Shown here: positions 57,164-64,000 of the stretch, in pieces
Position numbering within the stretch: the stretch's first letter is position 1
Layout: every line of letters starts with the position of its first letter
Origin: the human T2T-CHM13v2.0 reference genome, Homo sapiens
DNA length: 64,000 nt
Direction: 5' to 3' (one strand)
Assembly: GCF_009914755.1 (NCBI RefSeq)
Contig: NC_060929.1
The notes under the pieces: model-generated
The model's database searches: none
What the model saw: the letters and a program-made list of their open reading frames with translations, nothing else
Told to the model about the DNA's origin: nothing
Made by a program: the position numbers and the translations under genes

Positions 57164-59382
57164 TAATCAAAATGGTAATGCATAGAAAGAATTCCCTTCC
57201 CTGTAAGCTTTCACTAGGTAAAGAATAGGAAGAACAGATGGATTATATAGGTCCAGCTTCTAAAACAGTTAAGCTGTTATATTGTAAGGTATTGTTGTAT
57301 TTGTGAGTAACTTGAGATTAGGAGCCAAATATTTTATCCTTACGTCTCAGTGCTTGCCAATGCACGTAGTGGGTGATCAGCAATATTGGATTAAATAATT
57401 GAGAATCCAGATTCTCTCTTATAATTCTTTCACAGACTGGCATACAAAAGGGAGCCTGAGATTTAACATGCAGTGTTTGGAACGGGGACTTGTTTTTATC
57501 CTGAGGTCAGAAACCTCCACAGCTGAGTACTTTGGATAATGAAAGTCCATTTTCTATATTTGCCCAGCTTGGGCTGGACACAGGCAAATGTCATACAATC
57601 TGCGTTTAAACATTCTTTTCTTTCCATTTTAAGCATTTGTGTTTCCTGCAGCACATCTAAAAGATTCACAATATTTACTGTATATTTCTATGCTTTTAAG
57701 AAAAAAAAACATGCAGCTTTCACATGCAAGTTATTTTCAGCAGGCAGTTCCTTTCCTGAAACACAAAAGGCTAGATATAAAAACAAACAAGAGGGAGAAT
57801 ACACTGTTTTAACAAATGGGTCCTCAGAGATAGATTTTAAAGCATGGATTTTGTTTCCCGATCTAGCTTTTACCCTATCACTTCACAACACTGAGAGAAA
57901 TCCTGAAATAAATCAGTAACGTTTGCACAATTTTTAAGGCTGACAGTTTTATTTTTTTCCTGTTTTGTCTATTGCTGTAGCCAATTTAATTAGGTCATAC
58001 CCATGTGAAAAGTTTGTTGTACAAGAAAAATTTTGGATGTGTGTGAGTATTTTCAGGAAGATTTGTTTCTGCTAATGTTCATGATGTCCTTTGCACATGA
58101 AACTAATTCACTTATTATCATACACAATTTAGAATATTATTATTGTTTCCAAAAAAAAAAACAACTCTAATTCAAGGGGAAATACATGTTTGTTTACTTT
58201 TAGATCATGGTTAGAGCAATTACACTTTATTTTTAGCAGATAAACCACTGATTTTAAAACATATTTTTTTAACAATACAGATTAGATGCCAACCCAAGAA
58301 GGGATCATTTGAGTAGAAAGGGGAGAAAGGACTAAATTATAATAGTATTCCAGAAGTGGCAGCAGAAATCAAACACTAGCCTACATACCTAGAGCATTGC
58401 CCTCTAATTTCACTTTTATAAAAGTTGTTTGTAATTCTTAGGTCCTGGGTATTTTCTAATAGACTTTTTATGATTATACCAACAGAGGTAAGTTTCAGGC
58501 CCACAAGAAAGTTATTGCTTCTACACTCCCAGAAATGTTAAGAACCACGGGAGAATGCCATTTTTCGCAAAATGAAGATACTTATTCATGTTTTCTGAAA
58601 AATCTTGATGTTAACTCCTTTTCCTCTTTAATGAGCTGAATGCCTTGCTTTTATTTTTATGTATTTAATAATTTTAGTAACTATTTAATTGAGATTCTTA
58701 CTTGCTTCCGAAACATCAGGATAAATAGATACAAGAGGCACAATTTAACATATTTTATTGGCTGAACATAAAGGTCACAATTACCAAGCTTTATAGACAC
58801 ACCATTAGAAGTATACAGTAGATCCTTTGTAGAGACCATGAATGAGAGCCAGTGTAGGCGATGTCAGGAACAGCAATACAAATTTTGAGTTGCTGTCTGT
58901 GACGAAAGCCCAGCAATTGTCAAGAGTTTGACTGGGTCGCAAAAGAATTTAAAGGGCCAGCAGCTCTTTAAGAATGCATGCGTTAGCTTTATCCTTATGT
59001 AACATTTACTGTGAGGCAAGGCATGCCAAATATTAAGCAATCTACTGAATTCTGCTGAGTCCCTACCCAGTGATTCTATTTTCAAATGAGATAAGTAGGT
59101 GAGATATACAAATGAAATCAGAGGCTTGATTAATGCTGCCCATCCAGAAATCTACAATGTGAATGGATCACTATTAGTACCCCAGTTTCAGCATTTTCCT
59201 AAGAAAAAATGGAAATAAGTGAAATAGATGGGAAAATATGGTACTTTTTTGGAAGTTAAGAAGTTTGCTTTCTAAAACAAAATGTACATAGCTAATCAGA
59301 TATACTTCTGCAATTCTGTTTTCATGTATTAATAAAGCTAGATTTCAGCATCACTTAAGTTTTTACCAAGAAAAGAATTTGA

Positions 59383-59701
59383 AGCTGGGCATGGTGGCTT
59401 GCACCTGTAATCCCAGCCCTATGGGAGGCCAAGGTGGGCATATCTCTTGAGCTCAGGGATTCAAGACCAGCCTGGGCAACATGGCAAAACCCCATCTGTA
59501 CAAAAAATAAAAATAAAAAACTAGCCAAACATGGTGAAACACGCCTGTGGTACCAGCTACTGAGCAGGCTAAGGTGGGAGTATCGCTTGAGCCTGGGAGG
59601 CAGGTTGCACCACTGCTGTGATTGCACCACTGCACTCCAACTGAACTCCAGTCTGGGTGACACAGCAAGACCTTGTCTTAAAAAAAAAAAAAAAAAAAAA
59701 A
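59383..59701 (+). mobile_element. AluJ with a rearranged right arm
   Basis: Both arms and a long poly-A tail; AAAAGA(A)TTTG on both flanks. Confidence 0.92.
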
Positions 59702-59868
59702 GATTTGTTAGTGAGATGTCAGTTTTCCTAAATTACATTGACTAAATTTTTTGTGACATTCAAAATTTGCCATGGTCTCTTGCTAGATTCCTAACATGTT
59801 CTGTAAATTCTCAGCTTTTAGTAGAATTTGAAGAATGCTTGTGGAAAATCAACAATGCTTTCAACCAT

Positions 59869-62435
<2,567 letters not shown>

Positions 62436-62477
62436 ACCATGTTTATTCTTCAGCTACGGTAGCAGGACTGACTTTGA

Positions 62478-62837
<360 letters not shown>

Positions 62838-63834
62838 TAAAGAGTACAAGATGAATCACACTAGGTGACTTTTAAATCAAGATGAATCACACCAGGTGAC
62901 AACTTCTGACCTATGGTACTTGGTTTCCTTACTATAGCGTCACACCCATTATCTAATTCTTTTTCTTCCTCACCCTGTGAGCTAGACTGACCAGCAGTTT
63001 GTGTTGGGAAATCAGATGGAGTATAATTTGACATTTCTTTCTTCAGAATCTTTCTAATTTGACATGTCAGTGACTGGGTCTGCCAAGGAAATGGTTCTTA
63101 AGATGCTATTTTTCCTAAAAATACTTTCATAGCTCTCTTCCTCCACCCATTCCAACTCACTACTTCAATCCCAGCAAACAGAGAAAAGAAATTAAGCCAA
63201 ACCTCTTTTCAATTTACATACCAGAAAATATTTTAGAAAACAAGCTCAGAAGAGTGCTTCTGCAGCACTATTGGAAAATCTAGCCAGGATTTCCTCTGTA
63301 CAAATCTACCTCCCATTGCTCTCTGCATTCTGTCCACATCATTTTTATTTCCTGTGTGTGAATCCCATTGCCACCAGCTTGTCAGTAATGCTGCCCCTAG
63401 CAGTGGGGCCACTGCTCACATTTTAAAACATCCCTGAATTCCTTTGGCCAGGAGGAGATAGTAACAAAGGCCTCTAAAAATTTCTGCAGTGTCCAAGATG
63501 TGCTTGGTTACCATTTTTTTATAAGCTCATATTGCCCTCTTTATATTAAGGAGCCAAGGAAAACAGTATTTGTGTTTACTTCCTGAAAAATGGCAGGAAA
63601 TCAAGGTACATCTGTCTGAAAAGGAAACAGTTTATATTAATAGATGGATGGAGAGATTGGTAGATAGATAAATCAATAGACTGATAACTTACCTGTCCAG
63701 AGATAACTTTTGTCCTTCATAGCAATATGGAAAGGTATTTTATTTATGTTAGGTTAAAATTAAGGTAAATATTCACAATTCAAGTACTATATATATTTTT
63801 AGTTTGAATGAGAAATTTTAATATACAGAATTAT

Positions 63835-63946
63835 TAACTAGTAACAGAAACAGAGTAGAAAGGTGGTTGTCAGGTGCTGGGGGTGAAAGAAATGAAGGAT
63901 TTTGATCAAAGGGTACAAAATTTGAGTTATAAAATGAATAAGTTCA
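63835..63946 (+). mobile_element. L1MA/MB 3' UTR fragment
   Basis: AACAGAGTAGAAAGGTGGTTGTCAGG...TGATCAAAGGGTACAAAATTTGAGTTATAAAATGAATAAGTTC. Confidence 0.8.
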
Positions 63947-64000
63947 AGTACAGTCTTTAAAAATCAACCTATATCTTTAGTATCCTTAATTTTTTGGAAA

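Noticed and set aside
63389-63408. Possible CTCF site GCTGCCCCTAGCAGTGG
   Set aside because: The reverse complement is one G short of the core spacing and lacks the CC pair.

Overview
Human (or great-ape) genomic DNA from the 3' end of ADGRV1 (GPR98/VLGR1, the Usher 2C adhesion GPCR, 5q14.3), gene on the + strand. Only two coding exons are present: 14719-14840 (122 nt, TM6-ECL3-start of TM7, missed by the ORF track) and 62535-62726 (192 nt, end of TM7 and start of the cytoplasmic tail). They are joined by a 47,694-nt GT-AG intron and are, from memory, exons 87 and 88 of 90. The rest is intron filled with ordinary primate repeats: about 25 Alu copies or fragments, L1 and L2 fragments, MIRs, MaLR/ERVL/ERV1 LTRs and DNA-transposon MITEs. 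Nearly all ORFs in the track are repeat-derived or chance. The best lead is a complete sense-oriented THE1D element ending 99 nt upstream of the second exon. Its 3' LTR keeps a TATA box, a near-DUX4 site, a Kozak-context ATG and a GTGAGT donor that would splice in frame onto that exon, giving a predicted short tail-containing ADGRV1 isoform. Other leads are a templated-insertion repair scar inside an L1, a MADE1 (miR-548-like) hairpin, a 26-bp-spaced inverted Alu pair, a near-perfect RFX X-box, and cryptic exon candidates. All functional claims are untested inference. Repeat subfamily names come from remembered consensus sequences, and the boundaries of old repeats (L2, MIR) are approximate. 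No CRISPR array, rRNA or tRNA was seen.
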